A program made the translations under genes and the position numbers. From positions 251,348,001-251,412,000 of the forward strand of contig OZ024743.1 in the NCBI GenBank assembly GCA_964016885.1: DNA of 64,000 bases, in the 5' to 3' direction. The notes below the pieces were generated by a model. It was given only the letters and a program-made list of their open reading frames with translations. It did no database searches and had not been told where the DNA came from. Within the stretch, counting starts at the first letter, position 1; every line of letters starts with the position of its first letter. Of the stretch, positions 1-11,050 are shown piece by piece. The stretch comes from Eledone cirrhosa (Eukaryota).

Positions 1-1
1 A

Positions 2-303
2 TGTAAGTGGCTGAGTATTCCATAGACATGATATAGTGTAAGTGGCTGAGTATTCCACAGACATGATATAGTGTAACTGGCTGAGTGTTCCACAGACATG
101 ATATAATGTAAGTGGCTGAGTATTCCACAGACGTGATATAGCGTAGGTGGTTGAGTATTCCACAGACATGATATAGTGTAACTGGCTGAGTATTCCACAG
201 ACATGATGTAGTGTAAGTGGCTGAGTATTCCATAGACATGATATAGTGTAAGTGGCCGAGTATTCCACAGACATGATGAGGTGTAAGTTGTTGAGTATTC
301 CAT
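2..303 (+). repeat. 35-bp tandem minisatellite (~8.6 copies, may extend beyond window start)
   Basis: Unit TGTAAGTGGCTGAGTATTCCACAGACATGATATAG recurs at 2, 37, 72, 107, 142, 177, 212, 247, 282. Confidence 0.95.
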
Positions 304-326
304 ATAAATGTGTTCAATTAAAATAA

Positions 327-729
327 CTAGCAGAAAAACCACCCTTCGGGTGGTTTTCTGCTAGTATGTGTAGTGTGTATATTGATATACGCAAGTATAT
401 ACACATGTAGATATGATACATCAAATAAAATAGTAATTGACAATATAAACAGAAATTGAACGAAGTCGTTGTTACACTGTCTTATGTAATCAGTAACGAA
501 ATCCATGATACATTTAAAAAAGACGATATTATATATAAACTGCATTAGGAGAAAATTAGTATGTTTATTTTTAAATTATTTATTTTTTCAAAATTATTTT
601 TGTTTACGAAATTTAGAAGATAAATTATGTAATATTCATTCATTATTTATTCAAAGTAATCCAACTTATTTTACTAACAGGATAAAAATAAATAAACCGT
701 ACGCAGTCCCGCATTTATTATAGTTTAGA
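327..729 (-). mobile_element. Non-autonomous Helitron (~400 bp)
   Basis: Minus strand begins TCTAAACTATAATAAA at 729 after an A and ends hairpin+CTAG at 327 before a T. Removing it rejoins ttaaaataa|ttctcaag, matching the uninterrupted repeat copy ttaacataattcccaag at ~1250. Confidence 0.8.
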
Positions 730-825
730 TTCTCAAGCAGAATCAAATTAACACAATATGGGACAAGGCTGGACCATTGTAATTACTGGTACAATCAGTT
801 TTGTTTGATAATTTAAGGATGGTGG

Positions 826-1226
826 ACTGGCAGTATCAGTGGAGCATCAGACACCATGCTTTGCAGTATAGTCATGGTCCTTTATGTTCTGATTTCAAAT
901 CTCGCCGAGGTTAGCTTTGCCTTTCATCCTTACGGGGTCAATAACATAATGCACCAGTAATGCACTGTGGTAATTGCTGGCTTTGTGCCAAAAGTAGAAA
1001 CAATTATAGTGTAAGTGGTGAAATTAGTGGATTGACTGAATCATTAGAGTGTTGGATAAAATGCTTTGTGGTATTTAGTTTGGCTCTTGTCGTTCTAAGT
1101 TCAAATCTCTCCTAGACCAACTTCTTCTCCTTCTAAGGGTGGTAAAATAGAGTACCAGTCAAGTACTGGATCAATATAATTGAGTTGCCATTCTCACAAG
1201 ATTGCTGGCCTTGTGCTAAAATTAGG
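826..1226 (+). mobile_element. Two tandem decayed tRNA-derived SINEs (family A, Meta-domain-like core)
   Basis: TGGCAG head, B-box-like (G)TTCAAATC, core GCCTTTCATCCTTACGGGGTC-ATAA..TACCAG, tail GCTGGCCTTGTGCCAAAAGTAGAAAC; same layout as copies at 3565, 31396, 47858. Confidence 0.7.
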
Positions 1227-1842
1227 TTTTTTTACTGACAGATGTATCCTTAACATAATTCCCAAGCTGAATTGATGCGACAGTATGTGACAAGACTGAA
1301 TCTTTGAACCACATGTAGAATCCATCATGTATTATAGAGTAAATGGTTAAGTATTCCCTAGACATGTGTATCCTTAACATATTTATTAAGCAGAATCAGT
1401 GTGACAAGGCTACACTTTTAAATAAGGGGTACATTTGATCTGACAGTCTTCTGAATATTTCCCTTTAGACAATTTAATCCACAAGGTTCATTTAATTTAT
1501 TTCATCGAGAAATAACTTTTACAGGAACAAATCTGTTTCCTTCAATGTTGAAACCATCAGAAAGCTTTATATATAAAGTTAACTGTCTCTAATACGTAAA
1601 TATCTCAATGAAAGGATAAGATCTATTAATAAATTATCGACTGAGAGAAGTATTAGAATATATTAAACTTAAGCAAAAAAAGTCAATTTTGAATTATATA
1701 ATTCCCTGACTGGTTTCTGGAACTGAAGATACAACATCAGCAATTCCAAGACATTGGAATAACCAATATATATATATATACATATATATCAGAATGGATG
1801 CGGCAAAAGCATGTTAAACCATTACTCACTAGAGTGGGTAAC

Positions 1843-1962
1843 ATGAAAAATATTCAGGACCCCGATGGCTAAGCTCCAGCCGTTTCAACGGCTGCATCTG
1901 CTTGTACAGATCTAGCTGTTGAAATGGCTGGAGCTCAGCCATCGGGGTCCTGAATTTTTCAT
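1843..1962. repeat. ~120-bp imperfect palindrome between TA tracts
   Basis: ATGAAAAATATTCAGGACCCCGATGGCTAAGCTCCAGCCGTTTCAACGGCT ... AGCTGTTGAAATGGCTGGAGCTCAGCCATCGGGGTCCTGAATTTTTCAT. Confidence 0.9.
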
Positions 1963-1979
1963 ATATATATATATATATA

Positions 1980-2369
1980 GGTACATGGCTTAGTGGTTAG
2001 AGCATTGGCCTTGCAATCGAAAGGTTGTGAGTTCAATTCTCAGACCGGGTGATGTGTTGTTTCCCTGAGCAAGACACTTTATTTCACATTGCTCCAGTTT
2101 ACTCAGCTGTAGAAATGAGATGATAGGGGCTGGGGTCCCTATCATTCCACTGCAAAGTCGTCGTGGAGTTGCCACGGCAAAAAAGCACCCAGCCCACACT
2201 GTAAAGTGGACGTGTAGGCGCCAGGGGAAAAAAAGCACCCAGCACTCACTGTAAATGAGATTGGTGTTAGGAAGGGCATCCAGCTGTAGAAATCAAGCCA
2301 GAATCAGTTCCCGTCCCACCCTTGCAAGCAGAGAAAAGCGGATGTAAAATGATGATGATGATGATGATG
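1980..2369 (+). mobile_element. tRNA-headed SINE (family B) with CORE-like body and bipartite RTE-derived 3' part
   Basis: A box TGGCTTAGTGG, B box GAGTTCAATTC, TGAGCAAGACACTTTATTTCAC body, GGTGTTAGGAAGGGCATCC motif, 3' end CCCGTCCCACCCTTGCAAGC..(TGA)n matching the RTE 3' end at ~14451-14512; near-identical inverted copy at 33110-33496. Confidence 0.88.
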
Positions 2370-2370
2370 A

Positions 2371-2700
2371 TATATAAAGTGAAGTTGGGCGTTGTTTGTT
2401 TGTTTGGTGTCCCGAACTTGCAGGCTACACCGTTCATCCAATTTTCATGAAACTTGACACATATATAAAACTCGACCCGTAGATTGGAATAGGCTAAAAA
2501 TCGATAATCGGGCCCCCAGAAGCTAAGAATCGATATTTTCAAAAATCGTCCGATTTCGATGAAACTCGACGCAAGTGTGTATTTTGATCGGGGGATGAAC
2601 GCGGCCTACATTAAATATTCGGAAAACCGATAATCGGACCCCCAGAGGCAAAAATCGATATTTTCAGAATTCGTCCGATTTCAATGAAATTTGATATTAC
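2371..2700 (+). mobile_element. 5' part of a Helitron of the same family as the 6666 element (3' end not seen; gap follows)
   Basis: TATATAAAGTGAAGTTGGGCGTTGTTTGTTTG..CTACACCGTTCATCC..GAAACTCGACGCAAGTGTGT aligns with 6671-6950. Confidence 0.75.
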
Positions 2701-3076
2701 CACAATAATAGATCCATTGGGAGTTATTCCAAGGCTGCAAACATTCAGAAAGTTTTTTTAAACTCATAAATCATGCGTTAAATGAGTTCTTTAAGAGTTA
2801 GGGCAGACAATTATTCATAGTTTAATTATCAATGGCGCAATATTGTGGAAATATGCAAATCTACGCCTTTCTTTGTGGGAAAATGGAAGGCTTTACAAAC
2901 AGATATTCAGGGTTCTTTGAGTATAATTCTTAAATAATTGTACAGTCAACAAAATATATGACAGAATGTTTTTCATATTTTTTTCAAAAATCTTTCGATT
3001 TCAATGAAATTTAATGTGTATGTATTCGAACACAAACACTTTTAGTTTATAGTTTACACCTGGCGCAATCCAAATC

Positions 3077-3276
3077 NNNNNNNNNNNNNNNNNNNNNNNN
3101 NNNNNNNNNNNNNNNNNNNNNNNNNNNNNNNNNNNNNNNNNNNNNNNNNNNNNNNNNNNNNNNNNNNNNNNNNNNNNNNNNNNNNNNNNNNNNNNNNNNN
3201 NNNNNNNNNNNNNNNNNNNNNNNNNNNNNNNNNNNNNNNNNNNNNNNNNNNNNNNNNNNNNNNNNNNNNNNNNNNN
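3077..3276. other. Assembly gap (200 N)
   Basis: Run of 200 n characters. Confidence 1.
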
Positions 3277-3564
3277 TGATGCCAGTTGTTACAAAAAAAT
3301 ATATATATATTTATAGGGTTTTTTGGGGAGGGGGTGGGACTTGATCTTGATTACTTTTCATCACAGCTCTGAAATGTAATCAATGTAATTCTATAAAAGA
3401 TCTATTATTGTTGTTTTTGTTGTTGTTGGTGATGGTATTATTATTAATTGTAGTAGTAGCAAATGCAGCATTCCATCACACTCTCAAAGGCAATCACCAT
3501 AGGTATGTAAAGAGCTATTGGTGTTGTTGTTATTGTAGCCTTGTGCCTGAATTAGAAACTATGG

Positions 3565-3752
3565 TGAACTGGCAGTATCGCTAGAGGGTCGGACGCAGTG
3601 CTTTCCTTCCCTTCATAGAGTTACACCCCTTTATGGTCTGAGTTCAAATCCCGTCGAGGTTAACTTTGTTTTCATCCTTACGAGGTCGATAAAATAAAGT
3701 ACCAGTAATGTACTGGGATAATTGCTGGCCTTGTGCCAATAGTAGAAACAAT
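3565..3752 (+). mobile_element. SINE family A copy (more decayed copies follow to ~4500; truncated copy at ~5911-6060)
   Basis: GGCAGTATCGCTAGAGGGTCGGACG..CTGAGTTCAAATCCCGTCGAGGTTAACTTTG..GTCGATAAAATAAAGTACCAG..(ATT)n tail. Confidence 0.8.
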
Positions 3753-4529
3753 TATTATTATTATTGCTGTTGATAGTAGTAGCAGTAATCATAGTTGTGG
3801 TGGTATTGTTAGCAGTATTGGTGGTAGTTGTTGTGGTGGTGGCAGTACGAAGTAGTAGTAGTTCTATCACAGCTCTCAAACATAACCAACACAATTCTAT
3901 AAAGATCTGTTATTGTTGTTTCAGCTCTGTAAATTCTGAGTTCAAATTCTGCTGAGTTCAAAATACCTTTTATCCTTCCAGAGTCGATAAAATGGCTTAC
4001 CAATTAAATACTGGGATCAATATAATAAATATATTCTTCCCCAAACATTGCTGACCTTGTATCTAAATTAGAAACCCCCATCATCATCAACATTAGTAGT
4101 TGTAGTTGTATTATTCCATCACACTTTGAAGCATAATCCACTCAAGTCTTTTAAGATCTATTTACAACCCTTATATTCTGAGATCAAATTTAGCTAAGCT
4201 CAATTTTGCTTTAATCTCTCAGGGGTTCAATCAAATACTAGTCAAGTAGTTATATAATTGACTTTCTCCTCACCGCAAACAAAATGTTTTGGTTTTGTGC
4301 TGCCTAAATTACTAACCATTGTTGTTGTTGTTGTTATTAATTATGATTCCATCAGGGTCATCGATTGGCAGAATTGTGAGTGAATGCCTTACATTATTCA
4401 GCTATGGCTCTTTATGTTTTAATTTCAAATTCTGATGAAGTCAATTTTACATTTCATCTTCCTGTAGTTGATAAAATATAGTAAAGTACTTTGATAAATT
4501 TACCAAGTTAACGTGTCTTATTTGTTTAT

Positions 4530-4905
4530 ATTTTTACTATATTAGTCAAGATGTAAGTATAGTGTTCCTTGACCATTTTTAAGGGCCTTTCAGACTTGTG
4601 GAAAGAAAAAGGTACCTTTGAAAGGGAGACAGAGTGGACTCTGCTAGAGGTCACCATGGGCAAAATAGTGGTGTTAAACTGGATGACAGATTGATTCCAC
4701 CAACAGTGCAAGCCACAATTATCAAGTTTTTTACTATGTTAGTCAGGCAGTCGGCTCAGTCCTCCTTCACAGTTGTCTGAGCTTCTGAGACTTGTGGAAA
4801 AGAGGAAGGTACATTTGAACTGGAAGCCTTGTCTAAATACTTAACAACAGTGTAGACTCTGCTAAAGGCACCAAAAGGCCAGGTATTTGTGTTAAACAGG
4901 GTGAT
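4530..4905. repeat. Diverged ~200-bp tandem duplication
   Basis: TTTTACTAT.TTAGTCA, AGACTTGTGGAAA, GGTAC.TTTGAA, GACTCTGCTA and GTGTTAAAC each occur twice, ~190-215 bp apart. Confidence 0.65.
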
Positions 4906-6459
4906 TATATCTTGCCAACTGGTGGGTTTTCAACTCAGAATATAAAGGGTCATAACAAATACCAAAAGGCACCTATCCAACATTTTAATGATCATGATCA
5001 TTATGCCAAACTTTCAAAATCAATATTGTTATCAATCAATATCAATACTATTTGTTAAAGACAAATTATATTCAGATTTCTGCAAATTTATATTGACACC
5101 TTAACATGCGTGTTTGTGTGTATGTATGAGTGTTTTAGTGTTTGAGTGTATGTATGTGTTTGTGTGTATGTATGCATGAGTGATTTTGTCAGATAGTGCG
5201 TATGTTTTTGTGTGTATGGGTGCATGTGTATTTTTGTTTTGATATATATGTATGTGTTTTTGTGTATATGTGTGTTTTGAGATGCTTGCATTTATGTATA
5301 GTATTTGTGTATGTCTTTATAGACTTGTATTTGTTTGTTTCTTTTTGTGTGTGTCCATGTCTGTTTGTGTGTGTGCATGTATGCATGTGAGTATATGTGG
5401 AATATATGTATATATCTGTGTATATATCATTTGATTTAAAATCTTCAGAATAAACCTCATTATAATTCCAACAAAAAACTAATAAATATAAAGAATAAAA
5501 CTTAATATAATTGATAAAATAAATAAATATGTCAACCCAGCTCCCATCGTCTGGCTAATCCATTTGTTTTTCTAAAAGAAAATAGACACAAAAAAAATAA
5601 TTGATTTTGTGATAACGATATTTTCTCAATTTTATTTAATCTATAAAAAAATAATCTTTTCTGTCAATGATTCTAGCTTGGCCAACTATGTTTATATAGC
5701 AATGTGTTTGTGTGTGTGTATATCTACATATAGGCATATGTGTATATTCACACACCCATACACAAGCATGAAACATCTATACAAATCTCTCCCTCACTCT
5801 CTCTCTATATATATATTTATATATATATACACACATGGGTTCAGTTAATCAATTGCTATATAAGCAAGAACCATTGGTGTCTTGAACAAGTTGTTTGTTT
5901 CTTTACTTCATTTGCAGCATAGAGTTACGTCCCTTTATGGTCTGAGTTCAAATCCCACCGAGGTTAACTTTGCCTTTCATCCTTACGGGGTTGATAAAAT
6001 AAAACCCCAGTAATACACTGGGATAATTGCTGGCATTGTGCCAAATATAGAAACAATTATATTTAGTTAATCAATTTAGTCTGCCACAACTTTAAGAATC
6101 AATGTGTAAAAGTATATAATTTTCCTCTTTATGCACACCTGAAAACATATGTCAGAATCTTCATGTTTTTAACAATAATATAAAAACAAGTGTTGGGTGA
6201 TAATTAAATAAATAAATAAATAAATGAAAATTCCACTAGGTGTCATAGTGCCATTGTGAATTATCTGTATATTAGTTTTGTAATAAAGTAGAGTATCACT
6301 ATTGCTTCATTAACAGTCAATATTCACACTTATTCTGGAGCCCATGACCTACAGAGTTGAACCTTATCTTTGCATAATCACTATATAATTTTAAATGGTT
6401 TAGAACCTAGCCATGAGTGAAATATGAGTAAAGAAATTAGACTAGACATATATTAAGCT

Positions 6460-6550
<91 letters not shown>
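6460..6550. repeat. (CT)n microsatellite
   Basis: Direct. Confidence 0.95.
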
Positions 6551-6551
<1 letters not shown>

Positions 6552-6665
6552 GTAATAATAATAAATTTGAAGACTAAAATCCAAAGAGGGCTCGCTAAGG
6601 ATAAATATATATCAAATATATAAGAACCGTAGAGCAAATATTTATTAAAATAACAGATTAATATA

Positions 6666-9600
6666 TCTAATATATAAAGTGAAGTTGGGCGTTGTTTGTT
6701 TGGTGTCCCGAACTTTCAGACTACACCGTTCATCCGATTTTCATGAAACATATATAAAACTCGACGCGTAGATTGCAAAGGCTACCCCACAAAAATCGAT
6801 AATCGGGTCCCCAGAAGCCTAAAATCGATATTTTAAAAAATCGTCCGATTTCGATGAAACTCGACGCAAGTGTGTATTTTCATCCGGGGATGACCGTGGG
6901 CTACATTAAACTTTCGAAAAAATCGATAATCGGACCTCCAGAGGCAAAAATCCGGCAACCGAAAAACGCCATTCTTCTTGCTTCCATTTGTCGCGACTCC
7001 CGCCATGCAAAAAATGTTCAATCTATCAGGATTATCCACCGTAAGTTTCTTTAAATTAACGCTCACCATATTCAGCAAACCTTTTATGCCGATTCTTCCA
7101 TTTCTTATATAAGGACTATCAAGACTATACCGCCGCGCATCATCCTGTATTGCACCCAGTCTTCTCAAGCGATCATCGAGCCTCTATGCGCTCTCTTCAT
7201 TTCCGTGGTCCCACTACCGTAGCATAATGAGGCATCCGTCAACCCCTGCCCTCTCCCTTCCCTGCACACCGTCGACCCACTGCATCGTTGTGCATCACCA
7301 TGCGCATCTCTGCCCTGTCAGTCGCAATTCATTCCCCGGCCCTTTCCATTTCCTGCCCTCCGTGGTCCCTAAGGACTGCCACGGCTCAACATGCTGAATC
7401 CCTGCCACCGGCCACCCCTGCCCATTTCCATTGCCTACACTCCGTGGGAGCTCAAGACTTCCATGCCTGACCAAGCCGCATCCCTGCCACCGTCAACCCC
7501 TTCCCTCTCCCTTTCCTGCACGCCGTCGTCCCACTGCATCGTCATGCCTCACCATGCCGCATTACTGCCCTGTCGGCCACCATCCCCTCCTCAGCCCTTT
7601 CTTTTGCCTGCCCGCCGTGCTCCTTCAAGACTGCCATGCCTAACCAAGCCGCATCCCTGCCACCATCAAGTCCTGCCCTCTCCCTTTCCTGCACGCCGTC
7701 GTCCCACTGCATCGTCATGCCTCACCATACCGTATCCATGCTATGTCAGCCGCCATGCCCTCCCCTGCCCTCTCCCTTACCCGCACGCCTTGGTCGTTCA
7801 CGAGTGCCATGGCTCACCATGCGGAATCCCTGATCCGTCAATCCCGGCCATCTCTCTTCCCTGAACGCCGTCGACCCACTGCATCGTTATGCTTCACCAT
7901 GCCGAATCCATAATCTGTCAGTCGCCATCCCTTCCTCAGCCCTTTATTTTTCCTGCCCGCCATGCTCCTTCATGACTGCCATGCCTTACCAAGCCGCATC
8001 CCTGCCACCGTCAACCCCTGCCCTCTTCCTTGCCCGCACGCCTTGGTCCCTCACGACTGCTATGGCTCACCATGCGGCATTCCTGCCCTGTCAGCAACTT
8101 GCTCAAATGTCATCAGCATGGTTTATTCCTGCGCCGCACATAACCGCCCATTATCTCAAACCAAAGACAGCACGGAACATGAAGACGATCCTGTGTAAGT
8201 CTTTTTACATTCATTTTGACCATATTTAACAAAATTAAACAAACATTCATCCCTTTCTCTTCCAAAGCTTACCGATCATGTATGGCCGATAAACAACCTG
8301 CCTTGCACCCGGTTTTCTCAAACAATCATCGTGCCTCCCGGTGCTCTCTACATTCCCTAAGTGCAACTCAATTGGCATGCCGCATCCACACCCTTTCAGC
8401 CACCATGCACCCTGCCCTTTCGTCATGCCTCATCATGTTGCATCCCTGCTCTGTCAGCCCCCATCCACTCCCCGACCCTTTCCACTGCCTAGGCATGGCA
8501 GTCTTCAGGAACCAAGTTGCATCCCTGCCACCGCCAACCCTTGCCCTCTCCGTTCCCTGCACGCCGTCGTCCCACTGCATCGTCATGCCTCAAGATGCCG
8601 CATCCATGCACTGTCATCCACCATCCCCTCCTCGGCCCTTTCTTTTGCCTGACCGCCGTGCTCCATCAAGTCTCCCATGGCTATCTATGCCGCATCAATT
8701 CCTTGCCACACGCTTAAACGTCATCAGCATGGCTTATTGTTGCCCCATTTGACCACCGATTTTCCCAGGCTAAACACAATACCAACGTGCACGATAGTCC
8801 ATAGTAAATCTTTTTAATTACATGTTCATTATGTTAAGCAAAGGATGAATAGCAACTCTTTCATTTCTCCTGACATGCCTTTCTGTCAATTATGGCCGAG
8901 AAGCATCCTGTGTTGCATCACGTCTTCTCAATCGATCAGCGTGCCTTCCACTGTACTCACAATTGACTCACAACGCCGCATCTATTCCCTGCGACGCCCC
9001 TAAACATTATCAGCATGGCTTATTTTTCTGCCGCGTTTAACCGGCCTTCATTCTAGGCCATAAACAACAAAACCGCACGATGCTGCTGCTTAATTCTATT
9101 TAAATTAATGGTCAACATGTTCAGAAAAACAATTGCACCAATTCTTCCTCTTCACCTCCAAGATTACATCTTAGAGGTCGGGATTCGCAATTTCTACAAT
9201 TTCAATATTGACACAACAAGTCCGTCAGGTTTTTCGGCACATGTTGCTCCGATAGGAATATCAACGTGATTTTCACTTAATTCGTAAGTGTTCAGTCTTC
9301 CCTATGCTTTTATTTTTTATTGATACAACACCGACTACAATCATCTAACTTCACTTTGTAGGCTAGACGCGAATCACAAGGAAAACAATCCTCAGATATA
9401 CAACCCACCAAATTCTTTGGTCTACCTAGATTTCAATGGCTTTTGTACGGTTGTACATTTGACAATGTCGCAAAACATTATTCCACTCGATTCTTACCTT
9501 TCAGCTATGAATTGGGAAGCGCCTTAAAATCCCGGTTTATTTGCATGCAATTTTTTGGTATCTTATGAATGGAGAATCGAAAATCCTTTTTCTCATAACC

Positions 9601-10496
9601 TGATACATGCGTTACACATGCTCCATGGATGTTTGTGGACTATTTTTTCAAAATACCAATATCACAGATTGGAGCACAAAAAGAAACGTTTGTTCTTCAT
9701 TTATTTCGGTTAAAGCATCCTGCTGGAATCTAGCGCAGACCCGTTTAAATACAGCGCCTTATAACCCCGAGTGTAACCGGGTACACTAGCTAGAAAGAAA
9801 AATGGAAACATTGTTTCCTCGGTCCGATTTGACGAAAGTCGATTTAGTTCCACAACAAATTAACAAACCATACTTGAAGACACGTTGAGGTTGTTGCAAA
9901 GGGCAATAACACAATTTTGATCAACTTTTTCTCACCTATAGCAAATTTACCGGGACAGGTTTTTAGCTACTCAAATCTACTTCAGAGGTCACGCATTCAT
10001 GTAAAAAATCAATAAAACTGAAGCGGGGGTTCGACTTTGCGCAAAAAACAAGGCAAAGTTGCACATGGGAAAACTTTTTACAGGAACGTCCGATTTTCTT
10101 GAAAACTGTCGCAAATAACTCGCCAGTATGCCGCGGTTCAGATAAAGTCTCTTTTATTTCTTCTTCTGCACATGCGAGCGCGAAAATTGTAAAAAAAAAA
10201 AAAAAACTGTGAAAAAATCGACTTTTTCACCCTGCTTTAAAAATCAACTGAAAATTCAATTTCAAGTGAATTTGACTTCCGTCAGTCGTGCAAGGAACAA
10301 TTTCAACGATACACTGTGAACCTACAATTGATCCATTATTTATGCTCAATTACACACCTGCGTCTATTAACCTCTGTTTTTTTCCTTGAGGTTCGAAGGT
10401 TTTTGCACCTGTGATGCGCGGGAAGTAACTTTCACACATTTTAACAACAGAGCAAAGGTCGACTTACACCCGGGCAACGCCGGGTACTTCTGCTAG
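6666..10496 (+). mobile_element. Composite non-autonomous Helitron (3.8 kb) with internal satellite and two 3' terminators
   Basis: A|TCTAATATATAAAG start at 6666; hairpin CCCGAGTGTAACCGGG+CTAG at 9766-9793; second hairpin CCCGGGCAACGCCGGG+CTAG|T at 10469-10496. Confidence 0.75.
7230..8690. repeat. GC-rich degenerate tandem array, ~173-bp period made of two related ~86-bp halves
   Basis: CCAAGCCGCATCCCTGCCACC at 7471, 7644, 7989 and a variant at 8512; CACGCCGTCGTCCCACTGCATCGTCATGCCTCA recurs. Confidence 0.85.
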
Positions 10497-10511
10497 TATA
10501 TATATATATAT

Positions 10512-11050
10512 GTAAGTATGTTTTGAAACAGTGAGCGAGTTTGAAATTAGAAATATAAGCTTTCACCGTATTTTTGACTAAAGAATTTTTAGCTTGATAG
10601 TGGGGTTTAGAACCCCCAGAGAAATGGAAAAAGATGAGTATTGATGTACATGGGAGTCGAACCCACATCTTTGGTTATCCAGACCACTCTGTTACCATTA
10701 CACCAACACATCATCCATCTCCTTCCATTCAAATTAGACGCTACATTCTTAGCAAGTAAATGACAAGTAAGTATGTTTTGAATTTCTTTAGTCAAAAATA
10801 CGGTGAAAGCTTATATTTCTAATTTCAAACTCGCTCATTGTTTCAAAACATACCTACTTGTCATTTACTTGCTAAGAATGTAGCTTCTAATTTGAATGGA
10901 AGGAGATGGGTGATGTGTTGGTGTAATGGTAGCACAGTGGTCTGGATAACCAAAGATGTGGGTTCGACTCCCATGTACGTCAATACTCATCTTTTTCCAT
11001 TTCTCTGAGGGTTCTAAACCCCACTATCAGGCTAAAAATTTCTTTAGTCA
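10512..11050. mobile_element. Inverted pair of circularly permuted ~255-bp monomers containing a tRNA-like cloverleaf (Penelope-like or retrozyme-like architecture)
   Basis: 10512-10782 starts and ends with GTAAGTATGTTTTGAA; 10783-11050 is the reverse complement of the same unit, starting and ending with TTTCTTTAGTCA; flanked by TA tracts. Confidence 0.8.
10912..10982 (+). ncRNA. tRNA-like sequence (pseudo-tRNA, nominal anticodon GGA); inverted copy at ~10642-10712
   Basis: Acceptor GATGTGT/GTACGTC, D arm GTGT-AATGGTA-GCAC, anticodon arm TGGT-CTGGATA-ACCA, T arm GTGGG-TTCGACT-CCCAT, TTTTT ~9 nt downstream. U at position 37 and a short variable loop argue against a real tRNA-Ser. Confidence 0.6.

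Noticed and set aside
2-303. CRISPR-like array (35-bp periodicity)
   Set aside because: Units are contiguous with no unique spacers; eukaryotic context, no cas genes
7391-8752. Pro/Cys/His-rich ORFs in the GC-rich array
   Set aside because: Period ~173 bp shifts frame each unit; no consistent protein or recognisable domain
10912-10982. Functional tRNA-Ser(GGA) gene
   Set aside because: No long variable arm, pyrimidine at 37, mismatch at top of anticodon stem, embedded in a repeat unit
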